Part shown: positions 9,055 to 19,067 of the stretch, piece by piece
Layout: each line of letters starts with the position of its first letter
How positions within the stretch are numbered: position 1 is the stretch's first letter
From: Dehalococcoidia bacterium
Lineage (GTDB): Bacteria > Chloroflexota > Dehalococcoidia > UBA2979
DNA: 64,000 nucleotides
Assembly: GCA_963667465.2 (NCBI GenBank)
Contig: CAXXDN010000001.1
Coordinates: forward strand, 608,001-672,000
Reading direction: 5' to 3'
Notes under the pieces: model-generated
What the model saw: only the letters and a program-made list of their open reading frames with translations
Told to the model about the DNA's origin: nothing
Database searches by the model: none
Program-made: the position numbers and the translations under genes

Positions 9055-9477
9055 TCAGGCGAGCGCCTCGACCATCACGAGGGCGTCGCCGCGGATCACG
9101 TCGACGCCGTCCTGGTTGCTCACCGTCGTGTTCAGCGCGACGGAGCTGCGGTCCGTGTCCACCGCGGTCGCCTCGACGGTCGCGGTCAGCGTGTCGCCGG
9201 GCTTCACCGGGGCGCGGAAGCTCAGGTTCTGCCGCAGGTAGATCACGGCGCTGTCCGGCGCGAGCCTGGTCCCGAGCGCGGCCGAGATCACGCCTGCAGC
9301 GAGGATACCGTGTGCGATCGGCTCCTTGAAGCGGGTGCGCGCCGCGTAGTCCGGATCGCTGTGCAGCGGGTTGGTGTCCCCGGAGACCGCGGTGAACATG
9401 GCGATGTCCTCCGCGGTCACGGTCTTCTCGTAGCTCGCGGTCGTACCCTCGACGATGCCCTGGACGCCGTCGGCCAT
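9055..9477 (-). CDS. MaoC family (R)-enoyl-CoA hydratase (PhaJ-like)
   Basis: FTAVSGDTNPLH.D..YAARTRFKEPIAHG, YLRQNLSFRAPV. Confidence 0.88.
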   Translation of the reverse strand: MADGVQGIVEGTTASYEKTVTAEDIAMFTAVSGDTNPLHSDPDYAARTRFKEPIAHGILAAGVISAALGTRLAPDSAVIYLRQNLSFRAPVKPGDTLTATVEATAVDTDRSSVALNTTVSNQDGVDVIRGDALVMVEALA

Positions 9478-9616
9478 CTCGCCCCCTCGCTCGCTCGCCG
9501 GCGCGCGGACCGGCGCGGCGGCATCGTACGAGGGCGGCTCGGGGGTCGTCCAACGCCTGCCTCGGAGTCGCCGCGGGAGAATTGCGTGAGTTATTGACCA
9601 AAAATGTGAAAGAAAG

Positions 9617-9644
9617 TTGACGCTGCCCGCCGGTCGGCGATAAT
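9617..9644 (+). promoter_or_regulatory. Sigma70-like promoter for the sufR-suf operon
   Basis: TTGACG-N16-GATAAT within an AT-rich patch (9580-9650) that has an A-rich upstream tract. Confidence 0.6.
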
Positions 9645-9652
9645 GGATATAC

Positions 9653-9744
9653 GGAGCGCACCCGCTTGCGGCGAGCAGGAACGAGCGCTCCAGTTGACCG
9701 CGACACAACTGCAGAGGGGCCGTGGGCAGCCGCCGCGGGTGCGC
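9653..9744 (+). ncRNA. Candidate structured leader/sRNA of unknown family
   Basis: Nested helices 9656-9665/9735-9744, 9668-9672/9729-9733, 9691-9696/9706-9711; starts just after the promoter. Confidence 0.35.
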
Positions 9745-9764
9745 ACGGGGCAGGAAGGCGCAGA

Positions 9765-10445
9765 GTGGTCCAACGGGTCGTGCAGCGAGCGCGCGATGAA
9801 GTGGCGCGAATCCTCTACGAGCGCGGCGACCGCAGTGTTGCCGAACTGGCGCTCGAGCTGGGCGTCTCGCAGGGCTCGGTCCGCCGTCACCTCGACATCA
9901 TGGTCGCCGAGGGCCTGCTCGAGACGACGCTCGTGCGGCAGCCGCGCGGGCGGCCCGTCACCCGCTACTCGCTCAGCGAGGCGGGCGAGGATCGCTCCGG
10001 CGCGGACCACTACACGAGCCTGATCGGGCGGCTGCTGCCCGCCCTCGCCAGCCTCGGCGAGGACGAGGTTTCCGGCCGCGACGGCGAGGCGATTCTGGAG
10101 CAGGTCTACAGCCGCGTCGCCGAGGACATCGCGCGCGAGCGCGGCGGCGCCGTGCGCAGCACGGAGCTGGGACCGCGCCTGGAGGAGGTCGTCGCCGCGC
10201 TCAGCGCCGAGGGCATCCTCACCGAGGTCCGGGACGAGGGCGAAGTCTACCGGCTGAGCAACGTCGGCTGCCCCTGCCCCTCGACCACGAGCGAGACGAA
10301 CGCGGCCTGCGAGGCAGACCGCTACAGCATCGAGCTGCTCGTCGGCAGGCCCGTCGAGCAGGTGGCAACGATCGCGGGAGGCGGAGCCTGCTGCGAGTAC
10401 CAGGTGCGCAAGCCGGCTGAGCCGGCCGGCGTCGTAGTGCAATGA
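9765..10445 (+). CDS. sufR: SufR-like winged-HTH regulator with Fe-S cysteines
   Basis: HTH SVAELALELGVSQGSVRRHL, RGRP..RYSLS, CPC...C...CC; heads the suf operon; GTG after AGGAAGG. Confidence 0.8.
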   Translation: MVQRVVQRARDEVARILYERGDRSVAELALELGVSQGSVRRHLDIMVAEGLLETTLVRQPRGRPVTRYSLSEAGEDRSGADHYTSLIGRLLPALASLGEDEVSGRDGEAILEQVYSRVAEDIARERGGAVRSTELGPRLEEVVAALSAEGILTEVRDEGEVYRLSNVGCPCPSTTSETNAACEADRYSIELLVGRPVEQVATIAGGGACCEYQVRKPAEPAGVVVQ

Positions 10446-11266
10446 GTGGAGCACCAGTGAGCGAAACCGTGAGCGAACCGATCCTCGAGGTACGCGATCT
10501 GCACGTCAGCATCGCCGATGCACCCGACGTGCAGATCGTCAAGGGCGTCAACCTGACCGTGCGCGCCGGCGAGGTGCACGCGTTAATGGGGCCCAACGGC
10601 TCCGGCAAGAGCACGCTCGCCAACGCGATCGCCGGCAGCCCCGCCTATGTGGTGGACTCCGGCGAGGTGCGCTACCGCGGCGAGGACGTCACCACGCTGA
10701 CGGCGGACGCGCGCGGGCGCCTCGGCATGTTCCTCTCGTTCCAGTACCCGACGCCGATTCCCGGCGTGACGATGGTCAACCTGCTGCGCATGGCGATTAA
10801 GTCGCGGCGTGGCGAGGAGCCCTCGGCGCGGGAGTTCCTGGCCGAGCTGCGCGAGACGCTGCAGACGCTGCGCATGGACGAGGACTTCGCCCGCCGCTAC
10901 GTCAACGACGGCTTCTCCGGCGGCGAGAAGAAGCGCGCCGAGATCCTGCAACTGGGGATGCTCAAGCCGGAGCTCGCGATCCTGGACGAAACGGACTCCG
11001 GGCTTGACGTGGACGCGCTGCGCACCGTCGCCGAGGGCGTCAACACGCTGCACCACCCGGGGATGGGCATCCTGCTGATCACGCACTACCAGCGGATCCT
11101 CAACTACATCACGCCGGACCACGTGCATGTGCTGTTCGACGGGCGCATCGTGCGCTCCGGCGGCCCGCAGCTCGCGCACGAGATCGAGACAGGCGGATAC
11201 GACCCAATTCTCGAGGAGATCGGTCTCAAGGAGATCGGCGCGGAGACGGCGGCCGCCGCCTCCTGA
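10442..11266 (+). CDS. sufC: Fe-S assembly ATPase SufC
   Basis: [46 protein letters not shown]. Confidence 0.97.
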   Translation: MSGAPVSETVSEPILEVRDLHVSIADAPDVQIVKGVNLTVRAGEVHALMGPNGSGKSTLANAIAGSPAYVVDSGEVRYRGEDVTTLTADARGRLGMFLSFQYPTPIPGVTMVNLLRMAIKSRRGEEPSAREFLAELRETLQTLRMDEDFARRYVNDGFSGGEKKRAEILQLGMLKPELAILDETDSGLDVDALRTVAEGVNTLHHPGMGILLITHYQRILNYITPDHVHVLFDGRIVRSGGPQLAHEIETGGYDPILEEIGLKEIGAETAAAAS

Positions 11267-11306
11267 ACGTCGATCGGAAACCAGGCTCACACGAGGGAGC
11301 AAGTCC

Positions 11307-12725
11307 ATGGCCACCGTGAATCCGGCAGCGCGCGACGCAGTCGGCGAGTACCAGTGGGGCTTCCATGACGATGAAGCGCCGCTCTTCCGCGCCGACAAGG
11401 GCCTGACCGAGGAGGTCGTGCGCAAGATCTCGGAGTTCAAGGACGAACCCGAGTGGATGCGCGAGTTCCGCCTCGAATCGCTGCGCACCTTCCTCGAGAA
11501 GGACGACCCGACGTGGGCCGGCAGCCCCGAACTGCTCGAGGCGATCGACTTCGACGACATCACCTACTACGTGCGCGCCACCGATACGGACGCCAGCAAC
11601 TGGGACGACGTGCCGGAGTACATCAAGGACACCTTCGACAAGCTCGGCATCCCGGAGGCGGAGCGCCAGTTCCTCGCCGGGGCGGGCGCGCAGTACGACT
11701 CGGAGGTCGTCTACCACAACATCCGCGAAGATCTCGCGAAGCAGGGCGTCGTCTTCCTCGGCATGGACCAGGGTCTCGAGGAATACGAGGAGCTGGTGCG
11801 CGAGTACTTCGGGACGGTGGTGCCGCCGGGGGACAACCGCTACTCGGCGCTGAACAGCGCGGTCTGGTCAGGCGGCTCGTTCATCTACGTGCCGCCGGGT
11901 GTCCAGGTGGACGTCCCGCTGCAGGCCTACTTCCGTATCAACACGGAGAACATGGGCCAGTTCGAGCGCACGCTGATCATCGCGGACGAGGGCAGCTACG
12001 TGCACTACGTCGAGGGCTGCACCGCGCCGATCTACAGCTCCGACTCGCTGCACTCGGCAGTCGTCGAGATCATCGTCAAGAAGGACGCGCGGGTCCGCTA
12101 CACGACCATCCAGAACTGGTCGAACAACGTCTACAACCTGGTGACCAAGCGCGCGGCCGCCTACGAGAACGCCGTCATGGAGTGGGTCGACGGCAACATC
12201 GGCTCCAAGCTGACGATGAAGTACCCGTCGGTCTACCTGATGGAGCCGGGCGCGCACGGCGAGATCCTCTCGCTCGCCTTCGCCGGCGACGGACAGCACC
12301 AGGACGCGGGCGGCAAGATCGTCCACGTGGCGCCGCACACTTCCTCGGCGATCGTCTCCAAGTCCGTCTCGCGCGGCAGCGGGCGCACCTCCTACCGTGG
12401 CCTGCTCAAGGTCCACGAGGGCGCCGAGGACTCCAGCTCCACCGTGCGCTGCGACGCGCTGCTGCTCGACGAGCACTCGCGCTCCGACACCTACCCGACG
12501 ATGGAGGTCGACGAGGAGCAGGTGACGATCGGGCACGAGGCCTCCGTTTCCAAGCTCGGCGACGACCAGCTCTTCTACCTGATGTCGCGAGGCATCACGG
12601 AGGAAGAGGCCTCCAAGATGGTCGTCAACGGCTTCGTCGAGCCGATCGTCAAGGAGCTCCCGATGGAGTACGCGATCGAGCTGAACCGGCTGATCGAGCT
12701 ACAGATGGAAGGCTCCGTCGGCTAG
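11307..12725 (+). CDS. sufB: Fe-S assembly protein SufB
   Basis: [59 protein letters not shown]. Confidence 0.97.
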   Translation: MATVNPAARDAVGEYQWGFHDDEAPLFRADKGLTEEVVRKISEFKDEPEWMREFRLESLRTFLEKDDPTWAGSPELLEAIDFDDITYYVRATDTDASNWDDVPEYIKDTFDKLGIPEAERQFLAGAGAQYDSEVVYHNIREDLAKQGVVFLGMDQGLEEYEELVREYFGTVVPPGDNRYSALNSAVWSGGSFIYVPPGVQVDVPLQAYFRINTENMGQFERTLIIADEGSYVHYVEGCTAPIYSSDSLHSAVVEIIVKKDARVRYTTIQNWSNNVYNLVTKRAAAYENAVMEWVDGNIGSKLTMKYPSVYLMEPGAHGEILSLAFAGDGQHQDAGGKIVHVAPHTSSAIVSKSVSRGSGRTSYRGLLKVHEGAEDSSSTVRCDALLLDEHSRSDTYPTMEVDEEQVTIGHEASVSKLGDDQLFYLMSRGITEEEASKMVVNGFVEPIVKELPMEYAIELNRLIELQMEGSVG

Positions 12726-12753
12726 CGCTCCTCGCGAGCTGCAAGGGATCACG

Positions 12754-13986
12754 ATGAGCGAACCCACAACCCCGGTCGCCCCGGCCCACGCGGAGCAGGC
12801 CGTGCTCGCCGCCGCCGTACAGCGCGGCGAGCCGGAGTGGCTGCTGGAACGCCGCGCCGAGGCCGCGCGTGCCTTCGCCGCGCTGCCGCTGCCCACACCG
12901 GCGCTGCGCCCCTGGCGCTACACCGACGTGACCCGGCTCGACCTCGCTGCGTTCGCCCCGGCGGAGACGCCGATCGCCATCGAGGGCGGCACTGACGAGG
13001 GCGGCGCCTACGCCGGGACGCTGGCCGGCGCCCTCGAGGGCCGCCGCGCGCTCGTCGCCGATCGCCTCGGCGCGCTCGTCCCGGCGACCGAGGGCAAGTT
13101 CATCGCCGCCAACGCCGCGCTCTGGAGCGGCGGCGCGCTCGTGCACGCGCCCGCCGGCCACGCCTTCGCGGAGCCCGTCGTCGTGACCGTCGATGCGAGC
13201 GACCTCGCGGATGCGGCAGTGCACCCGCGGCTGCTGATCGAGGCCGGCGAGCAGGCCGAGGTCACGGTTGTGCTGCGCACTCGCTCCGGCGACGCTCCGC
13301 TGCTGGCGGCGGGCGTGATCGAGATCGCGGTCGCGCAGGCCGCGCGCGTGCGACTGTTGATCGACGACCGCTGGGGGGCGGCGACACAGGACTTCACGAC
13401 GATCCGCGCGCGCCTCGGACGCGACGCCGACCTGCGGGTCGCCTCGCTTGCCATCGGCGCCGCGATCCTCAAGCAGACCGTCGAGGTCACGCTCGAGGGT
13501 GAGGGCGCAAACTCCTCGATCCGCGCGGTCGCCCTCGGCGACGAGGACCAACACTTCGACTTCGTGACACTGCAGGACCACGTCGGGCCGCGCTCGACCT
13601 CTGATGTCGAGGTGAAGGCCGCCCTCGCCGGGGCCTCGCGCTCGATCTACTACGGCATCACCCGTGTCGAGGAAGGAGCGGCGGGGTCCGAGGCGAACCA
13701 GCAGAACCGCAACCTGCTGCTCTCCGGGGACTCCAAGGCGGACTCCGACCCGGTCCTCGAGATCCTCACTGCCGACGTGATCCGCTGCGGCCACGCCGCG
13801 ACGGTCGGGCCGGTCGACCAGGACGCGCTGTTCTACCTGCAGAGCCGCGGGCTCGACCGCCGCACGGCACTGCAGTTGCTGGTCAGCGGCTTCTTCCAGT
13901 CCGTCGCCCGCGACCTCGCGGTCGAGGGCATGGCCGACGATCTGGAGCGCACGGTCTTCGCCAAGCTGGCGCGGGCCGTGCTCTGA
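12754..13986 (+). CDS. sufD: Fe-S assembly protein SufD
   Basis: WRYTD, QQNRNLLLS, DSDPVLEI, CGHAATVG, FYLQSRG. Confidence 0.93.
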   Translation: MSEPTTPVAPAHAEQAVLAAAVQRGEPEWLLERRAEAARAFAALPLPTPALRPWRYTDVTRLDLAAFAPAETPIAIEGGTDEGGAYAGTLAGALEGRRALVADRLGALVPATEGKFIAANAALWSGGALVHAPAGHAFAEPVVVTVDASDLADAAVHPRLLIEAGEQAEVTVVLRTRSGDAPLLAAGVIEIAVAQAARVRLLIDDRWGAATQDFTTIRARLGRDADLRVASLAIGAAILKQTVEVTLEGEGANSSIRAVALGDEDQHFDFVTLQDHVGPRSTSDVEVKAALAGASRSIYYGITRVEEGAAGSEANQQNRNLLLSGDSKADSDPVLEILTADVIRCGHAATVGPVDQDALFYLQSRGLDRRTALQLLVSGFFQSVARDLAVEGMADDLERTVFAKLARAVL

Positions 13987-13996
13987 TGGCGCTCGC

Positions 13997-14317
13997 GTGA
14001 GCCCCGAACGCGTTGCCGCCGCCGCCGACGTCCCCGAGGGCGAGGTCCGCGTCGTCGAGTGTGGTGGGCGTTCACTGGCCCTCAGCAACATCGACGGCGA
14101 GCTGTTCGCGATCGACAACGTCTGCACGCACGACGGCGGCCCGCTGGGCGAGGGACGACTGCGCCAGGGGCGCGTGATCTGCCCGCGCCACGGCGCCGCC
14201 TTCGACGCGCGCACGGGCCGCGCGCTCACGCTCCCCGCCGTCCGGGGCGTCAGCGCCTACCACGTCAACGTCGAGGACGGCGACGCCTACGTCGAGTGCG
14301 AGGAGGCGTCCGCGTGA
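13997..14317 (+). CDS. Rieske-type [2Fe-2S] ferredoxin
   Basis: CTH...CPRHG motifs. Confidence 0.92.
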   Translation: MSPERVAAAADVPEGEVRVVECGGRSLALSNIDGELFAIDNVCTHDGGPLGEGRLRQGRVICPRHGAAFDARTGRALTLPAVRGVSAYHVNVEDGDAYVECEEASA

Positions 14318-15564
14318 ATTCCGACGGCGGCTTCGACATCGAGCGCATCCGGCGCGACTTCCCGATCCTCAAGCGCGAGGTCAACGGCCATCCGCTCGTC
14401 TACCTCGACAACGCCGCGACCTCGCACCGGCCCGTCCAGGTGATGGCCGAGATCACGCGCTTCTACCGCGACACCAATTCCAACATCCACCGCGGCGTCC
14501 ACACCCTGTCCGTCGAGGCGACCGAACGCTTCGAGGCCGTGCGCGAGCGGATGCGCGCCTTCCTCGGCGCGCCCGACGCCTCCGAGATCATCTTCACGCG
14601 CAACACGACCGAGTCGATCAACCTCGTCGCGCACGCCTGGGGCCGCACCTTCCTCGAGGCGGGGGACGAGGTGCTGATCAGCGAGATCGAGCACCACTCC
14701 AACATCGTGCCCTGGCAGCTGCTGCGCGACGCGCGCGGCATCGTGCTGCGCCACATCCCGATGCTCCCCGACGGCACGCTGGACCTCGCCGAGGCGCGGC
14801 GGCTGATCGGCCCGCGCACGCGGCTGCTCTCGATCACGCTGATGTCGAACGCCCTCGGAACGATCGTCCCGGTGGCCGAGCTGGCGGAGCTGGCGCGGGC
14901 GCAGGGCGCGCGCGTGCTGGTGGACGCGGCGCAGGCGGCGCCGCACATGCCGATCGACGTCGGCGAGCTGGGCGCGGACTTCCTCGCCTGCTCCGCGCAC
15001 AAGATGCTCGGCCCCACCGGCGTCGGCGTGCTCTGGGGCCGCCGCGAGCTGCTGGAGGAGATGCCGCCCTTCCTCGGCGGCGGCGACATGATCGCCAGCG
15101 TCAGCCTCGAGGAGTCGACCTGGAACGAGCTGCCCCACAAGTTCGAGGCGGGCACCCCGAACATCGCCGGCGTGATCGGCTTCGGCGCCGCGCTCGACTA
15201 CCTCGAGGCGGTCGGCATGGACGCGATCCGCAGCCACGAGGTCGACCTCACGACGTACGCGCTGGACCGGTTGATCGACGTGCCCGGCGTCACGCTCTAC
15301 GGGCCGCTCGACCCCGAGCTGCGCGGCGGCGTGGTCTCGTTCGGCCTCGATGGCGTGCATCCGCATGACATCGGGCAGGTGCTGGACGGCGAGGGTGTCG
15401 CGATCCGCGCCGGGCACCACTGCGCGCAGCCCGTGATGCGGCGGCTCGACATTGCCGCTACCGCGCGCGCCTCGTTCTATCTGTACAACACCCGCGAGGA
15501 GGTGGACGCGTTGGAGGCGGCGGTGCGCGAGACGTCGGACTTCTTTGGAGGCTTTGGTGGCTGA
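14314..15564 (+). CDS. sufS: Cysteine desulfurase SufS
   Basis: YLDNAATS, NIHRGVH, EHHSN, SAHKMLGPTG, FEAGTP, RAGHHCA. Confidence 0.97.
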   Translation: MNSDGGFDIERIRRDFPILKREVNGHPLVYLDNAATSHRPVQVMAEITRFYRDTNSNIHRGVHTLSVEATERFEAVRERMRAFLGAPDASEIIFTRNTTESINLVAHAWGRTFLEAGDEVLISEIEHHSNIVPWQLLRDARGIVLRHIPMLPDGTLDLAEARRLIGPRTRLLSITLMSNALGTIVPVAELAELARAQGARVLVDAAQAAPHMPIDVGELGADFLACSAHKMLGPTGVGVLWGRRELLEEMPPFLGGGDMIASVSLEESTWNELPHKFEAGTPNIAGVIGFGAALDYLEAVGMDAIRSHEVDLTTYALDRLIDVPGVTLYGPLDPELRGGVVSFGLDGVHPHDIGQVLDGEGVAIRAGHHCAQPVMRRLDIAATARASFYLYNTREEVDALEAAVRETSDFFGGFGG

Positions 15565-16045
15565 CCTCGACGATCTGTACCGCGAGATCCTGCTCGACCA
15601 TTACCGCCAGCCGCGCAATCGTGGCCCGCTCGAGGCCGCGAACGCCAGCGCCGAGGGCTCCAACCCGCTCTGCGGCGACGAGATCACGCTGGAACTGCAA
15701 CTCGACGCCGACGGCCGCATCGCCGACGTGGCGTTCAGCGGCCAGGGCTGCTCGATCTCGCAGGCCTCGAGCTCGCTGATGACGGAGCACGTCAAGGGCC
15801 GCAGCAGCGGCGAGGCGTCAACCGCGATCGACGCGTTCCAGGCGATGATGATCGACGGCGAGGAGGCCGCGATCGACCTCGGCGACATCGAGGCGCTGGC
15901 CGGGGTACGCAAGTTCCCGATGCGGGTAAAGTGTGCCTCGCTTGCCTGGAAGACGCTGGAGCTCGCGCTCGCGCAGCATGACCGCGCCGGCGACGCGCCT
16001 CGCGCCACCGTCACGACCGACGAAAGGAGCACTCCCAATGGCTGA
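15557..16045 (+). CDS. sufU: SUF NifU-family protein SufU
   Basis: LYREILLDHY, NPLCGD, GCSISQAS, RVKCA. Confidence 0.95.
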   Translation: MADLDDLYREILLDHYRQPRNRGPLEAANASAEGSNPLCGDEITLELQLDADGRIADVAFSGQGCSISQASSSLMTEHVKGRSSGEASTAIDAFQAMMIDGEEAAIDLGDIEALAGVRKFPMRVKCASLAWKTLELALAQHDRAGDAPRATVTTDERSTPNG

Positions 16046-16385
16046 AGCCGCAGCCGACGCCCCCGAGGCAGCCGCCGAACGGCCGAGCGAGGAGCAGCTC
16101 TGGGAGGTGCTCCACCAGATCGAGGATCCCGAGCTGCGGATGGGAATCGCTGAGCTGGGCCTCATCTACTACGTGAACATCGACGACGAGGGCCTCGTCA
16201 CCATCGACATGACGCTGACCAGCCCGGCCTGCCCCGTGGGGCCGATGCTGCAGGGGCAGGCCTACCACCTGCTCACGCAGATGGACGGCGTCGAGGACGT
16301 CGAGGTGAACCTGGTCTGGGATCCGCCCTGGGATCCGAAGACGATGGCCTCCGAAGAGGTGCGGATGCAGCTCGGCATCTGGTAG
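16038..16385 (+). CDS. DUF59/SufT metal-sulfur cluster protein
   Basis: DPEL...LGLIY, MTLTSPACP, LVWDPPW. Confidence 0.9.
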   Translation: MAEAAADAPEAAAERPSEEQLWEVLHQIEDPELRMGIAELGLIYYVNIDDEGLVTIDMTLTSPACPVGPMLQGQAYHLLTQMDGVEDVEVNLVWDPPWDPKTMASEEVRMQLGIW

Positions 16386-16475
16386 CCGCGAGCGGCGCGC
16401 AGCCCGCGTACCATCTTCCGCGCCGGACGGCGGCTGCCGCCTAGCGCGACAGCCGGACCGAGTGAGCGCCGCCGC

Positions 16476-18242
16476 ATGACCAAGCCACAGCGATCTTCTC
16501 CCCCCTCGTACAGCCGCCGCGCTGCCCTGCGCTCCGGCGCCTGGGCCGCGGGCGGCCTGCTGCTCGCCGCCTGCGTCCTCGATGGTGACGAGAGCGGGGA
16601 CGACGCCGCAATCGAGGGCGGCGCTGTTGACGCGGAGCGCGGCGGCGGCGGCGGCGCGCCTGCACCGTCGCAGGTGGCGCCCCGGTCGACCGCTACTGCG
16701 ACTCCGACGCCCTCGCTGCTTGCGCCGGAGTCGCCCGCGCCGGACGGCGATCGCGGGACCATGCGGCGGGGCGTCGTCGGTGAGGCCGTACCGCCTCTGG
16801 CGTTGACCCAGGCGCGCCTGGTCGCCGTCGATCCGCGCAACGGCGAGGTCTACGGCGATCTCGCGCTGCACATCGAGCAGGCGGGACCGCTCGAGCTGGT
16901 CGTCCGGCTGCGCCCCGGCGCTTCGTTCCACCCCGCGCCCGGGGAGCGGGATGGCGGACCCCTCGACGCCGCTGCGGTGGCGGTCGACTTCGCCCGCCGC
17001 GCGGACGCGCGGGAGTTCCTCTTCGCAGCGGCGATCGGCACGGTCGAGACGCCGGACATGGACACGCTGCGGCTCAGTCTGAACGCTCCCTTCGCGCTGC
17101 TCTTCGAGCTGCTCGGCGACACCGCGAGCGCCGCCGTACGAGCGGAGGGTCGCTCCGACTTCGGGCAGCCGATCGGGGCCGGGCCATTCATCGCCGAGCG
17201 GCGCGCGGACGGCGGCGTCTCGCTGCGGCCGCACGCGCGTTACCACCAGCGAGGGTTGCCGCTGCTCGACGAGGTGCGGATGGTCTCCGCCGAGCGAGCG
17301 GAGTCCCTCGACGCCGCCTTCGAGGGCGGCGCGCTCGACATCCATCTGCTCGATCAGCCGGACAGCGTGGCCCGCGCCGAGCAGCGCGCGGGTGCACGCA
17401 CGCTGACGCGCTCCACCCGGCGGATGCGCGGCCTCGGCCTTTCGCTGGTCGGCGCGAAGGCGGGGAAGCGCGTGCGCTTCCACCCGGCGTTCCAGGACGA
17501 GCGCGTCCGTCGCGCGCTCTTCCTGGCTCTCGACCAGCGGCGGATCGCGCTGCGGGAGGGCGCCGGGGCTGAGTATCCGACGGGTCCGGTCGGCCCGGCG
17601 TTCGCCGCCGACGCCCTCCCCCGCTTCGAGCTCGCCGCGCATCCGCTGTTCGCCCACGACCCCGCCGAGGCACGGAAACTGCTCGCCGCGGCGGGCGCCC
17701 CCAACCTCGCGTTCTCGCTCGAGGCGCCGGACCGGGCGCCGTTCACCATCCTGGTCCGCGCGCTGGTCCAGCAGCTGCAGGAAGGCGGCTTCAGCCCAAG
17801 GTTGAACACCGTGAGCGACGGCCAGTGGCGGCGGAACCTGACCGGCGGCGACTTCGAGGCGATCCTGTTCGAACTGGAGGAGGTGCGCACGCCGGATGTC
17901 GGACTGCGGCTGCACACCTCCGCGGGCCTCAGCGGCTTCTCGCCCTGGGGCTACTCAAACCCGCTCTACGACCTCGCGGTCGAGGAGGCGATGACGGCTC
18001 TCGATCCCGCCGCTCGCGGCCGCCTCGCCCGCGACGCGCAACGCCTGCTGCTCGACGACGTGCCGGCGCTGATTCCGCTCACCGAGCCGATCGAGCGGGT
18101 AGCCGTCTCGGCGCGCGTCTCCGGCTACTCGTGGGACGCGCACGAGTTCAACGAGACCTGGCAGGCCGCCCGCTGGCGCATTCGCGACGCTGCGGCGCGC
18201 CGCGCGCCGGATGGGGACGCCGCCACGGTGACCGCGCTGTGA
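16476..18242 (+). CDS. ABC transporter substrate-binding protein (family 5), Tat lipoprotein
   Basis: SRRAALR Tat motif, LLLAAC lipobox, PIGAGPF, FQDERVRRAL, GYSNP; no cognate permease nearby. Confidence 0.8.
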   Translation: MTKPQRSSPPSYSRRAALRSGAWAAGGLLLAACVLDGDESGDDAAIEGGAVDAERGGGGGAPAPSQVAPRSTATATPTPSLLAPESPAPDGDRGTMRRGVVGEAVPPLALTQARLVAVDPRNGEVYGDLALHIEQAGPLELVVRLRPGASFHPAPGERDGGPLDAAAVAVDFARRADAREFLFAAAIGTVETPDMDTLRLSLNAPFALLFELLGDTASAAVRAEGRSDFGQPIGAGPFIAERRADGGVSLRPHARYHQRGLPLLDEVRMVSAERAESLDAAFEGGALDIHLLDQPDSVARAEQRAGARTLTRSTRRMRGLGLSLVGAKAGKRVRFHPAFQDERVRRALFLALDQRRIALREGAGAEYPTGPVGPAFAADALPRFELAAHPLFAHDPAEARKLLAAAGAPNLAFSLEAPDRAPFTILVRALVQQLQEGGFSPRLNTVSDGQWRRNLTGGDFEAILFELEEVRTPDVGLRLHTSAGLSGFSPWGYSNPLYDLAVEEAMTALDPAARGRLARDAQRLLLDDVPALIPLTEPIERVAVSARVSGYSWDAHEFNETWQAARWRIRDAAARRAPDGDAATVTAL

Positions 18243-18247
18243 GCGGC

Positions 18248-19054
18248 ATGTCAGCTGCGGAGCTGCGCGACGCCCTCGAGGACGCGGTGCGCGCCGCGGG
18301 CGAGGCGATCAGCGCGATCGTCGCCGGCGGCAGCGTGCGCGTGGGAATGAAGTGGGGCGAGGGCCCCGTCACCGAGGCCGACCACGCCGCCGACGAGGTG
18401 CTGCACGAGCGCCTGATGCCGCTGATCGAGGGCGCGCACTGGCTCTCCGAGGAGTCCGAGCAGTCCGAACCCATCGTTCCCGGCGAACCGACCTGGGTGG
18501 TCGATCCGCTGGACGGCACGCGCGAGTTCCTGCTGGGGCTGCCCGAGTTCGGAGTCTCCGTCGGGCTGTTCCGGGGCGGCGGGCTTGCGCTCGGCGCCGT
18601 CGCGCTGCCGCCGCCGCCTGGCGGCGGCGAGTGGGTGGTGCTCTCGGGTCTCCTCGATGGCGACAACGCCGGCGCCCGCCGCGACGGCGAAGCGCTGCCG
18701 CCGATCGAGGACGGCCCGGAGGTCGGGCGCGTCGTGGTCTCGCGGCACGACTACGAGCGGCGGCGCCTGCAGTACCACATCCCGTTCGACGTCTATCCGG
18801 CGGGGTCCTCGGTGCTGAAGCTGGCGCAGGTCGCCCTCGGCGGGGCGGGCGTCTACCTCTCGACGCGCCCGCGCTCGGTGTGGGACGTGGCGGGCGGCAC
18901 GGCCGTAGTCGAGGCCGCCGGAGGCGCGTTGCTCAACGCGCGAGGCGAGCCACTGCAACTCTCGCCGCAGCAGATCCAGATCCCGCCCTTCGTCGCCGGT
19001 ACCCCGGAACGAGGGCGCGCGCTGCTGCTGGCGATCGGCGCGGGTCCGCAGTAG
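18248..19054 (+). CDS. Inositol monophosphatase/CysQ family protein
   Basis: PVTEAD, LSEE, WVVDPLDGT, WDVAGG. Confidence 0.88.
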   Translation: MSAAELRDALEDAVRAAGEAISAIVAGGSVRVGMKWGEGPVTEADHAADEVLHERLMPLIEGAHWLSEESEQSEPIVPGEPTWVVDPLDGTREFLLGLPEFGVSVGLFRGGGLALGAVALPPPPGGGEWVVLSGLLDGDNAGARRDGEALPPIEDGPEVGRVVVSRHDYERRRLQYHIPFDVYPAGSSVLKLAQVALGGAGVYLSTRPRSVWDVAGGTAVVEAAGGALLNARGEPLQLSPQQIQIPPFVAGTPERGRALLLAIGAGPQ

Positions 19055-19067
19055 GCGACGGGCCGGA

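Noticed and set aside
9478-9764. Cobalamin riboswitch, SRP or 6S RNA between the mutase cluster and sufR
   Set aside because: No B12 box on either strand, no GGAA tetraloop SRP motif, too short for 6S; kept only as an unclassified candidate
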